Below, in pieces: positions 1-8,403 of a DNA stretch of 64,000 bases. Positions within the stretch are counted from its first letter, which is position 1, and each line of letters begins with the position of its first letter. The position numbers and the translations under genes are program-made. Under the pieces are notes generated by a model. The model saw only the letters and a list, made by a program, of their open reading frames with translations. It did no database searches and was not told where the DNA came from. This stretch comes from a candidate division FCPU426 bacterium (lineage in GTDB: Bacteria > Oederibacteriota > Muellerivitia > Muellerivitales > Muellerivitaceae), in assembly GCA_963847625.1 (NCBI GenBank), contig CAWKAR010000021.1:960-64959 (forward strand), written 5' to 3'.

Positions 1-913
1 TAAAATTCCGCGTTGGTTCCCTGTGCGTCGATATATCCAAAGGCCCTACTGCCCCCCCGCCCGCCACCGTAGTGACATTGGCGCTTGGATCGATCTTTCG
101 AATCATGTTATTTAATACATCCGCTACATATAAATTCCCCGAACCATCCAAAACCAACCCCCAGGGTTCATCAAATTCCGCGCTTGTACCCTGGCCGTTG
201 GCATATCCGGCGATTGTGCAGCCGGCGCATCCTCCGCCCGCCACAGTGCTGACATATCCGCTGGGATCAATTTTTCTGATGACATTGTTCCAACCATCAG
301 CCACATAGACGTTACCGGAACTGTCCACCGCGATTTCACCGGGCCAATTAAATTCGGCATTTGCCCCCTGGCCATTAATATATCCGGCGATGGTGCACCC
401 CGCGCACCCGCCGCCCGCCACGGTGGTAACATTTCCGCTAGGGTCAATCTTTCGGATGAGATTGTTGAATGTATCAGACACATATACATTGCCCGCGCCG
501 TCCACCGCGAGCCCTTCGGGCCCAAAAAACTCAGCGCTCGTTCCCTGGGCATTAATATATCCGGCGATGGTGCAACCCGCGCACCCCCCGCCCGCCAAGG
601 TGCTCACGTTGCCGCTAGGATCGATTTTTCGAACCATGCTGTTACCTACATCCCCTACATATACATTGCCCGCGCCGTCCACGGCGAGCCCTCCGGGTCC
701 CCAAAACTCAGCGCTCGTTCCCTGTGCATTAATATATCCGGCGATGGTGCAACCCGCGCACCCGCCGCCGGCCAAAGTGCCGACATTTCCGGCGATGTTG
801 CAGGCGGTCTTCTTGGGAATTGTCACTGGGTTGACGGAATAATGGTTACTGCAAGCGAGTGAAACGGCTAAAAGAAGAGCGAACAAGAAGACAAATAGGT
901 TATGTATTTTCAT
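1..913 (-). CDS. NHL-repeat lipoprotein, partial (3' end runs past window start)
   Basis: Manual minus-strand translation from ATG 913-911 gives MKIHNLFVFLFALLLAVSLAC (signal peptide + lipobox), then blades of the form GNVYV.D..N..VRKID.SGNVSTLAGGGC.GC. It is absent from the ORF track only because no stop lies inside the window. Paralog of 925..2103. Confidence 0.75.
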   Translation of the reverse strand, partial: MKIHNLFVFLFALLLAVSLACSNHYSVNPVTIPKKTACNIAGNVGTLAGGGCAGCTIAGYINAQGTSAEFWGPGGLAVDGAGNVYVGDVGNSMVRKIDPSGNVSTLAGGGCAGCTIAGYINAQGTSAEFFGPEGLAVDGAGNVYVSDTFNNLIRKIDPSGNVTTVAGGGCAGCTIAGYINGQGANAEFNWPGEIAVDSSGNVYVADGWNNVIRKIDPSGYVSTVAGGGCAGCTIAGYANGQGTSAEFDEPWGLVLDGSGNLYVADVLNNMIRKIDPSANVTTVAGGGAVGPLDISTHREPTRNF

Positions 914-924
914 GAGCGATATCC

Positions 925-2103
925 CTATTGGATGATTCGAATGACGTTATTCCAGGTATCCGCAACATATAGATTGCAGTTGTTCCCCACCGCGACGGCG
1001 TAGGAGGCGTTGAATTCAGCATTGACTCCCCAGGCGTTGACATAACCATTTCCGGTGCATCCCGCGCACCCTCCGCCCGCGAAAGTGGTGACGTTGCCAT
1101 TCGTATCAATTTTGCGGATCATGCTGTTATAAGTATCAGCCACATATAGATTGCCCGCACCGTCCACGGCGAGACCGCAGGGCCAACCGAACTCCGCGTT
1201 GGTCCCCTGGCCGTTGGAATAACCCGCATTGGTACATCCCGAACATCCTCCCCCGGCCACGGTGGTGACGTTTCCGCTCGGATCGATTTTTCGAATGAGG
1301 CTGTTATTCGAATCCACCACATACACGTTGCCCGAGCCGTCTATTGCGACACCGGTGGGTAAGTTGAACTCCGCGTTGCTCCCCTGGCCGTCGGCGTAAC
1401 CGGCATTGATGCAACCCGCGCACCCACCGCCCGCCAGGGTGCTGACGTTTCCGGACGGGTCGATCTTGCGGATCAAGTTATTGCCATCCGCGACATAGAC
1501 GTTGCCCGAATTATCCACGGCTAAGCCGTAAGTGTTATAAAACTCGGCGTTTACCCCTTGGGCATTGACGTAACCGCCGTTGGTGCATCCCACACACCCC
1601 CCGCCCGCCAGGGTGCTCACGTTGCCGGATGGGTCGATCTTGCGGACTAGGCTGTTGTAATTATCGCCCACATATACGTTTCCCGAGCCGTCCACGGCCA
1701 CGCCCCAGGGGTTAAAAAATTCCGCGTTGACCCCCTGGGCGTTGACATAGCCGGAATTGTTGCATCCCGTACAACCCCCGCCCGCCAGAGTGGTGACATT
1801 GCCGTTCGAATTGATCTTACGGATGACCTGATTGGCGGAATCAGCCACGTAAACGTTGCCCGATTTGTCGGCCGCGACCCCTTCGGGTATATCGAACTCC
1901 GCGTTGACCCCCTGGGCGTTGATATAACCGATGTTCGTGCATCCCACGCACCCGCCGCCGGCCAAAGTGCCGACATTTCCGGCGATGTTGCAGGCGGTCT
2001 TCTTGGGAATTGTCATTGGGTTGACGGTAAAATGGTCATTGCAAGCGAGGAGAAGGGTGAAAAGTAGGGCGATCAGGAGGGCAAAAAGATAACTAAGTTT
2101 CAT
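925..2103 (-). CDS. NHL-repeat lipoprotein (about 8-9 blades, each with a GGGC.GC motif)
   Basis: ORF 925..2238. Internal ATG at 2103 gives MKLSYLFALLIALLFTLLLAC (signal/lipobox). The repeated G.NAEF..P.GVAVD.SGNVYVAD..N..IRKI motif is typical of NHL repeats. Confidence 0.8.
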   Translation of the reverse strand: MKLSYLFALLIALLFTLLLACNDHFTVNPMTIPKKTACNIAGNVGTLAGGGCVGCTNIGYINAQGVNAEFDIPEGVAADKSGNVYVADSANQVIRKINSNGNVTTLAGGGCTGCNNSGYVNAQGVNAEFFNPWGVAVDGSGNVYVGDNYNSLVRKIDPSGNVSTLAGGGCVGCTNGGYVNAQGVNAEFYNTYGLAVDNSGNVYVADGNNLIRKIDPSGNVSTLAGGGCAGCINAGYADGQGSNAEFNLPTGVAIDGSGNVYVVDSNNSLIRKIDPSGNVTTVAGGGCSGCTNAGYSNGQGTNAEFGWPCGLAVDGAGNLYVADTYNSMIRKIDTNGNVTTFAGGGCAGCTGNGYVNAWGVNAEFNASYAVAVGNNCNLYVADTWNNVIRIIQ

Positions 2104-2382
2104 AGGTGATATCCCGCCGCAAGAAAAGGTTGATTGAATTATATCACGGTATGAATATTCGTTTTCTTTGGGATTTTTACGAAAAACCAGCAACCAAGGG
2201 GAAGGATGAACCCAATTACCCTTTGAGTCCCATTCCAACTTTTGTAACTCCGGGCGGCGATTAAATTACAACACTTCGTCTTCAAGGCCTTGAACCAGGC
2301 TTCTTCCCTATTCATTCCATAAGCGGCTTGGACCCCGCCAGCGGAAACCACCCCATTGTTATCTTCCTCTCAGGCACCGCAA

Positions 2383-2405
2383 GGTTGTCGGATATATGCG
2401 ACAAC
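2383..2405. repeat. Palindrome GGTTGTCGGATATATGCGACAAC (copy 1 of 2)
   Basis: Self-complementary 23-mer. A near-identical copy lies at 3172-3197. Confidence 0.6.
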
Positions 2406-2721
2406 ATGTTCTGAGACTACAGGTCGAAGAACCAGTTTATGTTGTGCCAATTTCAAATGGGAATTGGCCAACATAGGGAGAGGCCAGAGGGATTGAAACC
2501 GTATGGGGAGAGGCTTAAGGGATTAAAGGCTTGCAGGGCCAAACCCTGGCGGAAGAGGCATGGAGGCTTGGCGGAAAAAGATGAAATCGAATTGGCGGAC
2601 AGTGATGTGATAATTGATAAAAGCAGGTGAGAAATGACTCAACAATGGATCAAAATTGTAGACATCCAATTCAAAGATAAGTAGGCTTTTTCATGGCAAA
2701 CAATAACGATTGGAGGAAATA

Positions 2722-2955
2722 ATGAAAAGATTATTAGCTATCTGGTTCATCCTGCTTCTCGCGCTCCCGGCCTGGGGCCAGGCGGATGCCGTGAAAAAGA
2801 AACAAACCCATAAACCGCGGCACGCCAAGAAAGCGGCGGCCGTCCACCCGATGAAGCACGCGGACATCCAACGCAGAAGCAAAGGTTCGGGGGATATGAC
2901 CCAAATGAAAAATCAAGATCTCCAGGATACGATGCAAAAAAACAACAAGAAATAG
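2722..2955 (+). CDS. Small secreted basic protein (hypothetical)
   Basis: ORF 2710..2955. ATG at 2722 is preceded by GGAGG. MKRLLAIWFILLLALPAWGQA is signal-peptide-like. No recognisable family. Confidence 0.4.
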   Translation: MKRLLAIWFILLLALPAWGQADAVKKKQTHKPRHAKKAAAVHPMKHADIQRRSKGSGDMTQMKNQDLQDTMQKNNKK

Positions 2956-3171
2956 AAACCATTAAGAATATCGAGAAACAACAAAACGACGCTTCGAAAA
3001 GCATCATTAAAAACGCGAAAAATTAACGAGGCCGGGTCGCTATTGGTTCTTCAAGGAAGGGGTTTGATCGGCCCCGCCGAACGGGCCTTTTGGCCGGCTT
3101 TGTCGTTCTTGGCCGAGCACAAACAGAAATTCGCGGGATAATGCCAGATACCACCCCAACCCGCTTTTGTT

Positions 3172-3197
3172 AGGTTGTCGGATATATACGACAACCT
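3172..3197. repeat. Palindrome AGGTTGTCGGATATATACGACAACCT (copy 2 of 2)
   Basis: Near-identical to 2383-2405. Lies 9 bp outside the IS21 terminus. Confidence 0.6.
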
Positions 3198-3304
3198 AAT
3201 GAGGATGTCCGCGGCGCTCGAAAAGTGTGACGGTGGGCGGTCCAAAAGTGTGACACCCCCCGCCTTCCATACGCCTTACGGTGTATGGTCGTTGGTTAGC
3301 TTTA

Positions 3305-4078
3305 TCAATCCTTCTTGTCTTTGTTTTTGAGCCGTTTTTTTGCTTCCACCAGCCTGTGGCTTTGGCCGTTGGCCTCCAGAATATGCACCCGATGGGTCAA
3401 ACGGTCAATAAGTGCCCCCGTCATTCTCTCGGAACCCATGATTTCTACCCAGTTTTCAAAGGGAAGATTGGTCGTTACCATCAGGCTTGTGCGCTCATAG
3501 GCCTTGCTGACCACTTCGAACAGCAGCTCGGCCCCCGCCTTGGAGAAAGGAACGTACCCCAGTTCGTCCAGGACAATTAGATCGAGCCTGGCCAACTGAC
3601 GGTGGAACTTAGCCAATTGTTTCTCTTCGCGGCGCTCCAAAAGTTCTGTCACGAGGCCCGTGACGGAGAAGAAACGCACCGCCCGGCCCTGGCAGCAAGC
3701 CTGGAAGGCTAAGGCCGTGGCCAAATGGGTTTTACCCGTTCCTGAATTGCCGATCAGCAGGACGTTTTCTTTTTTGTCCATGTACTCGCCCCGCATGAGT
3801 TCCCGCGCCAGTTCTTGGTTGATCGAAGGTTGGGCCTTGAAATCGAATGTGTCCAAAGTCTTGAGAACGGGAAATCCGGCATCCCGGATGCGCCTCTCCT
3901 TGGCCCTGCGTTCTCGGTCCAGAAGTTCCAGTTCGGCCAGTTTGAGCAGGTATTGCGGATAGTCGCTGCGCTCGGTGCGGCAGAGCTGGGCCATCTTGTC
4001 ATACTCGCGGTTCATCGTAGGAAGTTTGAGTTTTTTGAGGTGATGTTCCAGCAAGAGGGTCTTTTTGGATTCGCTCAT
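3305..4078 (-). CDS. istB: IS21-family helper ATPase IstB
   Basis: 257 aa with Walker A GNSGTGKTH and the LIVLDELGY box. ATGA overlap with istA. Confidence 0.9.
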   Translation of the reverse strand: MSESKKTLLLEHHLKKLKLPTMNREYDKMAQLCRTERSDYPQYLLKLAELELLDRERRAKERRIRDAGFPVLKTLDTFDFKAQPSINQELARELMRGEYMDKKENVLLIGNSGTGKTHLATALAFQACCQGRAVRFFSVTGLVTELLERREEKQLAKFHRQLARLDLIVLDELGYVPFSKAGAELLFEVVSKAYERTSLMVTTNLPFENWVEIMGSERMTGALIDRLTHRVHILEANGQSHRLVEAKKRLKNKDKKD

Positions 4079-5634
4079 ACTTCACCTCCCGTCAACATCA
4101 GCTCACGGTAGGCCGAAAGATCCGTTCGGGCCACCTGAACCCGCCGCAAGTGCTCACGGCCGTCCAGGCTGAAGGTGGTCAGCCTGTAGTCCTCCCTGGG
4201 GTAGAGCAACTGGGCGAGGGCGTCACGGGTGTAAATTTCCATCTGCACGGCTTTTTCCACCGCTCTCGTAAGCCTCTCCATGGGATATTTTTCCAAAAGC
4301 TGCATCGTCTTGATGAATTCCCGCGCTCCTTCGCCGCGAAACTTTTCTTTGCCTTCCATGCGTCGACGCAGGAGAGTGAAACACTCCGGCAAATTCCAGT
4401 CTTCCAGGGGTCGAGCATGGTCGAGTGCGCCGGGTTTCCTCTCCAAAACCGCTAAATAATGCACTGGATTAAATGCCATGCCTTCCTTGCACCAAAGACG
4501 ATCATGGGTCGTAATCCGCTTGTCCTTGTAAAAAATATCCACTCGGTCAATGTATCCCTTCACTACCACCGGATGGTGGGCGTACTCCACGGGCACGGAA
4601 TAGTCGTTGGTGTCGAAGCGTACCAGAGACATGGACGTGGCCGTAGTGGACTGCTTCAGGCATGCGTCAAACGGAGTGTCTGGCAAAGGGCGGAAATGGG
4701 TTTTGTCCCCCTCAAGAAGCTGGGCTTTAGTCGCCCCTTTGCCGCGCAATTTGCGTTCTAAATCTTCACGACAGTTCACCACCAACTTTTTGTTCAGTTC
4801 TTCTAGGCTGCCTACTTGAGGGACCGGCACCATGAAGTTCAGTCGAACATACTTCACTCCGCCTTCCACCACACCTTTTTCGTTGCCCCTGCGTACGGTG
4901 CAGAAGTGGTGGTCGAAGAGATAGTGGCTTACCAATTGCTTGAAATTCCGGGTCAACTCCCGTTGGTGTACCCCGATCAACTTCTTTACGAGGGTTTTGG
5001 CGTTGTCGTAGCTGATCCGCCAAGGTACTCCACCAAAGTATTTAAAAGCCCGGATGTGGCCTTCCCACACGAATTCCGTGCTCTCCCGCTCAAATATCTG
5101 CACGAAGAAAGCGTCCGAATACGGCAGGGCCATCACGAAGTAGGGCCGTTTTACCAACACACCATTGAGCTTCACCAGGGCGTGTCCAAAATCCACCTGT
5201 GCCTCACCAGGTCGATGGGTCAAAGGTATAAAAACCTCACTGGTTCTCTTTTTGATCCCTCGCACCGCTTTTTTTACCTGGGTATAGCCTCCGGTGTAAC
5301 CATCTTCCGCGCACAAGCGCTCAAAGATACGCTTGGCGGTATGACGCTGTTTTTTGTGGGTGTGTTTGTCGTCTTCAAGAATTTGCTTGATGCGGCCCAG
5401 GAAGGGCCCCACCTTTGGCTGAGACCGCTCCTGGCTTATCTGGTAGCCCGGAGGCTGGCTATGGGCAAGAATCTTCTTGAGGGTTTCCCAATGAATACCC
5501 TCTTCTTCCATCACCTGGCGCTTGGAGACCCCTTCTACCAGCACTTTTTTGCGAATTTCGGTCCATCGGTCCATATCTTTGTACACTCCTTTTCCTTCCG
5601 GTATCTGTATTCCCAATTTCTGGAACCACATCAT
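4075..5634 (-). CDS. istA: IS21-family transposase IstA
   Basis: 519 aa with an N-terminal HTH region (true start may be the internal MDRWTEIRKK) and a DDE-type core. Sits directly upstream of istB. Confidence 0.85.
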   Translation of the reverse strand: MMWFQKLGIQIPEGKGVYKDMDRWTEIRKKVLVEGVSKRQVMEEEGIHWETLKKILAHSQPPGYQISQERSQPKVGPFLGRIKQILEDDKHTHKKQRHTAKRIFERLCAEDGYTGGYTQVKKAVRGIKKRTSEVFIPLTHRPGEAQVDFGHALVKLNGVLVKRPYFVMALPYSDAFFVQIFERESTEFVWEGHIRAFKYFGGVPWRISYDNAKTLVKKLIGVHQRELTRNFKQLVSHYLFDHHFCTVRRGNEKGVVEGGVKYVRLNFMVPVPQVGSLEELNKKLVVNCREDLERKLRGKGATKAQLLEGDKTHFRPLPDTPFDACLKQSTTATSMSLVRFDTNDYSVPVEYAHHPVVVKGYIDRVDIFYKDKRITTHDRLWCKEGMAFNPVHYLAVLERKPGALDHARPLEDWNLPECFTLLRRRMEGKEKFRGEGAREFIKTMQLLEKYPMERLTRAVEKAVQMEIYTRDALAQLLYPREDYRLTTFSLDGREHLRRVQVARTDLSAYRELMLTGGEV

Positions 5635-5710
5635 CCCGGATATTCGAGGAGTGTCACACTTTTCGACCGCCTTTTTTGCCCCCTAGACCGTCACACTTTT
5701 GGAACGCCGT

Positions 5711-6523
5711 TTACAGGCTGACCAAAATCTTCAATTTCGGATCAATCGTTATGTATTTTTTATCGAACAAGATATGTAAATCTGCTCTCATTAATAACCC
5801 GTTTTGTACTTTGTTGGGCCCTGCCTCGGCATAGGGTTTGATATGCGCGGCTTCCAACACCGGCAAGGTTTTTTCCCCGCTGATGGCGCACCTTCTTTGG
5901 TAGGCATCCGTAACCACCACCCGGAAACCCCCTTGGCCCAATCTTGCCCTGGTTAGGAATGGATCTCCATAACGTTCGTAAGTTTCCGGATCTTTCTCAT
6001 CAAAACCCGCCACTGCGGCCAACTCTTTGTCTTCTTTGCCCCCCAACCTGACCTTCACTTCATTCCAAAGCTTAAACCCTTCCCCGCTATCCTCGGTGTC
6101 GTATCTTTTTCCCGAAACAATGTTCTGCGCCCAATCTTTAGGCACCGGAATCCATTGGGAATGATCGAAAAAGAATGGCTCAGTCAGGACGATGCAACCG
6201 ATTTTTGGATCATGGTCATCGGCACTTTTGGCATTGCGGTAATGCAGAATTTTCTTCCGGCATTCTTCCTGGGTTGAGGTGCCGTTTTTCTCGCCGAACG
6301 CCAGCCACGCCAAGGATAAAGGCAGGACACTGTATTTGACGAAATACCCGCCGCCTACGATGAAGTTATGGGGGCTGTGGAGCTTGAAAAGGAAGGGCGC
6401 GCCTGGCTGGATAGCGCCGAAGGCCGTATCCGCGCCGGGCTTCCAGAAGTTCACCTCATCGGGCTTCCTCGCCGCCAAGAAATGGAACCAATCGTCATCC
6501 GTCACGCCCACCCAATATTTCAT
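5711..6523 (-). CDS. HNH nuclease (HNH_2-like) with N-terminal putative DNA-binding domain; 3' end cut by IS21
   Basis: C-terminal CAISGEKTLPVLEAAHIKPY...NGLLMRADLHILFD motif. The N-terminal domain starts MKYWVGVTDDDWFHF. The last codon and stop (5711-5713) lie inside the IS21 terminal repeat. Confidence 0.7.
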   Translation of the reverse strand: MKYWVGVTDDDWFHFLAARKPDEVNFWKPGADTAFGAIQPGAPFLFKLHSPHNFIVGGGYFVKYSVLPLSLAWLAFGEKNGTSTQEECRKKILHYRNAKSADDHDPKIGCIVLTEPFFFDHSQWIPVPKDWAQNIVSGKRYDTEDSGEGFKLWNEVKVRLGGKEDKELAAVAGFDEKDPETYERYGDPFLTRARLGQGGFRVVVTDAYQRRCAISGEKTLPVLEAAHIKPYAEAGPNKVQNGLLMRADLHILFDKKYITIDPKLKILVSL

Positions 6524-6537
6524 GGAGCCTCAAGCCA

Positions 6538-7032
6538 TCAACAACATTTCAATATCTGCAAAATAAAGAAACATGTGAGCGCAATCACAACAACGACGAA
6601 ACAGCACCAAACACCTGCCCATGAACTGGTAAACTTCTTCCAACAACTTTCCCCATTTGGTTTCTGAGGAAATTCAATTATTTTGCCATTTAATGCCTCG
6701 GGGAGATATTTAATAATTGCCTCTTGCCATCTTCTGTTCTTACCAGATGCTCTTTCAATATTGAAAACAAATATTACATAAAATAATACACCACATAGAA
6801 AAACAATTTGAACAAGTGTATAAATTCGATTTACATCATAAACGTTTTTCGCAATATTGATCGTACCTTTGAGGGCCAAAAGATAAAAGCCCACAATCCC
6901 AGTAAGCATTTTTAATTCTAAACCTCTTCGACTTTCCATTGAATGTTGGTGATAATTAAGAACCTTAATGCAGTTCTCTAAAGTCCTATCGGGCCAATTT
7001 GTTCCATTGGAGTTTGTCTCTTCAGGCGCCAT
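6538..7032 (-). CDS. Hypothetical membrane protein (about 3 TM), AT-rich gene
   Basis: 164-aa ORF with hydrophobic segments. Its stop lies 14 bp upstream of the HNH start, which has a GAGG RBS. No family recognised. Confidence 0.55.
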   Translation of the reverse strand: MAPEETNSNGTNWPDRTLENCIKVLNYHQHSMESRRGLELKMLTGIVGFYLLALKGTINIAKNVYDVNRIYTLVQIVFLCGVLFYVIFVFNIERASGKNRRWQEAIIKYLPEALNGKIIEFPQKPNGESCWKKFTSSWAGVWCCFVVVVIALTCFFILQILKCC

Positions 7033-7165
7033 AAAGAACCTCTTTCTAAAATTTGACTTATTTACACCAAAATTATTGAAAAAAGAAAATATTTAGTGGT
7101 TTTGGTTTCAGCACGTAATACTTATCGCACATTTAAATCCTATATAAGAAAAAACTTTTAAAGGA

Positions 7166-7297
7166 TTTAACGTAAATCCGTATATTTCTTATTACTCCCC
7201 TTGGCTTTGGAAATCGGATATTTCCTGCTGCTCTTCCTCAATTTCCTCTCGGCCGCCTTCCCCAAATCGATGTCATACCGCTGGGCGAGCCGAACCA
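7166..7297 (-). pseudogene. C-terminal fragment of a MazG-like pyrophosphohydrolase paralog
   Basis: Manual translation gives VVRLAQRYDIDLGKAAERKLRKSSRKYPISKAKGSNKKY. This closely parallels the C-terminus of the ORF at 10396..10650. Confidence 0.7.
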
Positions 7298-7304
7298 CAT
7301 AAAC

Positions 7305-7410
7305 GCAATTTTGAATTCTAAATGTTGAATTTTGAATTATCGAGGATTTCCAAAGTTTGGAAATCGAACCGAAATTTAAAACTTAGAATTAAAAAAAATT
7401 AAAATTCGCC
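7305..7410. repeat. AT-rich palindromic element (AATTCTAAAT ... GGATTTCC/GGAAATC hairpin ... AAATTTAAAA ... AGAATTAAAA)
   Basis: Shares its architecture with 38675-38760. Related AT-rich AAATTCAAAATTTAAAA strings occur at about 28195, 33060 and 33440. Confidence 0.5.
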
Positions 7411-7429
7411 AGTCTTCACCGGCGTTCCC

Positions 7430-7484
7430 TCGCCGCCAGGAAATGGAACCAATCGTCATCCGTTACGCCCACCCAATATTTCAT
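7430..7484 (-). pseudogene. N-terminal 20-codon fragment of an HNH-nuclease paralog
   Basis: Translates to MKYWVGVTDDDWFHFLAARE then a stop. The DNA is almost identical to 6466-6523 (start of the 5711..6523 gene). Confidence 0.75.
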
Positions 7485-7571
7485 TTATGCGCGGATCGTA
7501 TTTGGCGGTTGGTAGTTAGTAGAAAATTTAAATATTTCAATTAAAACTCCAAGCGAATCAATATTAAGCGT

Positions 7572-8210
7572 TTAATTTTTAATGACTGCTGCTCGAATAA
7601 TGTGAGCAAATATAACCGCAATTATTATTGAGACCGCATTCCCAATTAAAAACATATTGAACCGATTACGACCACTGTGCCCTTCTTGCCAAATTTTCCA
7701 ATTACCCCCAACTTTAATGGCTAACCATCCGCCAATAAAATCAGGTTTATTAATTATTAATAAAAATGGATACAACACAGCTTCACAAGCACCTACTAGC
7801 ATTGCAGGCCATAAATTAGCATTGCGGATATCCTTTGAACTATCCAACTTGAATAAAGTTCGCATAACAATGGTCAAAGGATTAATTAGTAATGTTGCAC
7901 CAGCTATAGATAAACAATATATCATTGTTAATTTCCCCCACTTGTCCGCAGGTATGCAGGAATTTTCAAATGTAAACCAATTCGGAACAGTATGAAATAC
8001 AGAAACTAATATTAATCCCAGAACCACCCAAATAACTACAAAAGGGAAACTTTTATAGATAAAGAAGATTATCAATTCCTTTCTTATACCCCAGATTCTT
8101 TTTATCTTTTTTCGTTTTCGTCTGGTTTTCCCGCTTGTCTGCTTTTTCTTTGTCTTCTTCGCGCTTGCCTTCTTCGTCTTTTGCAACTTCCTTTTAATAT
8201 TTTTGGCCAA
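7572..8210 (-). CDS. Hypothetical membrane protein with extremely Lys/Arg-rich N-terminal tail (about 4 TM), AT-rich gene
   Basis: 212-aa ORF with a TTG start 8 nt after AAGGAG. The first ~45 aa are K/R-rich, followed by hydrophobic helices. No family recognised. Confidence 0.55.
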   Translation of the reverse strand: MAKNIKRKLQKTKKASAKKTKKKQTSGKTRRKRKKIKRIWGIRKELIIFFIYKSFPFVVIWVVLGLILVSVFHTVPNWFTFENSCIPADKWGKLTMIYCLSIAGATLLINPLTIVMRTLFKLDSSKDIRNANLWPAMLVGACEAVLYPFLLIINKPDFIGGWLAIKVGGNWKIWQEGHSGRNRFNMFLIGNAVSIIIAVIFAHIIRAAVIKN

Positions 8211-8244
8211 GAAACTATCTCCTTATTAGATTTTTAAAAAAATG

Positions 8245-8340
8245 GGGGTCAGTGGCCTTGCGGTGAGTTCATCGATCCGTTCGATGTACCCACCATCAGC
8301 CCAACGCAAAACACTTTAGGCCCCCAACCGCCGAACCCAT
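8245..8340. repeat. Divergent R1-type element (GGGGTCAG head + CACTTTAGGCCCCC tail)
   Basis: Its head and tail motifs are shared with the R1 copies at 15281, 16445, 18661 and 24020. The core differs. Confidence 0.35.
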
Positions 8341-8403
8341 CCTAAACCCATTAAGCGCTTAGCCCAACTCCGAATACTTTTTTTTGCTTCGAATTTAAAA
8401 TAT

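Larger units (their letters stand above)
3206..5715 (-). mobile_element. IS21-family insertion sequence (istA-istB), about 2.5 kb
   Basis: 28-bp terminal inverted repeats starting TGT (3206-3233 vs reverse complement of 5688-5715, 23/28 identical by eye). A second internal repeat copy sits at each end (3235-3256; 5651-5672), as is typical of IS21 multi-site ends. Encloses overlapping istA/istB. Confidence 0.85.

Noticed and set aside
1-2238. Diversity-generating retroelement acting on the NHL paralogs
   Set aside because: There is no reverse transcriptase, no template/variable repeat pair with adenine-specific differences, and the identical stretch lies in the N-terminal region.
4816-5721. 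301-aa + strand ORF across istA
   Set aside because: It is antisense to a full-length IstA transposase and has no independent support.
8260-8300. tRNA-like T-arm string (GATCCGTTCGATG) and a general scan for tRNA, tmRNA and SRP genes
   Set aside because: No cloverleaf can be drawn (no acceptor or anticodon stems). No other tRNA-like GGTTCGAAT motifs were seen in the window.
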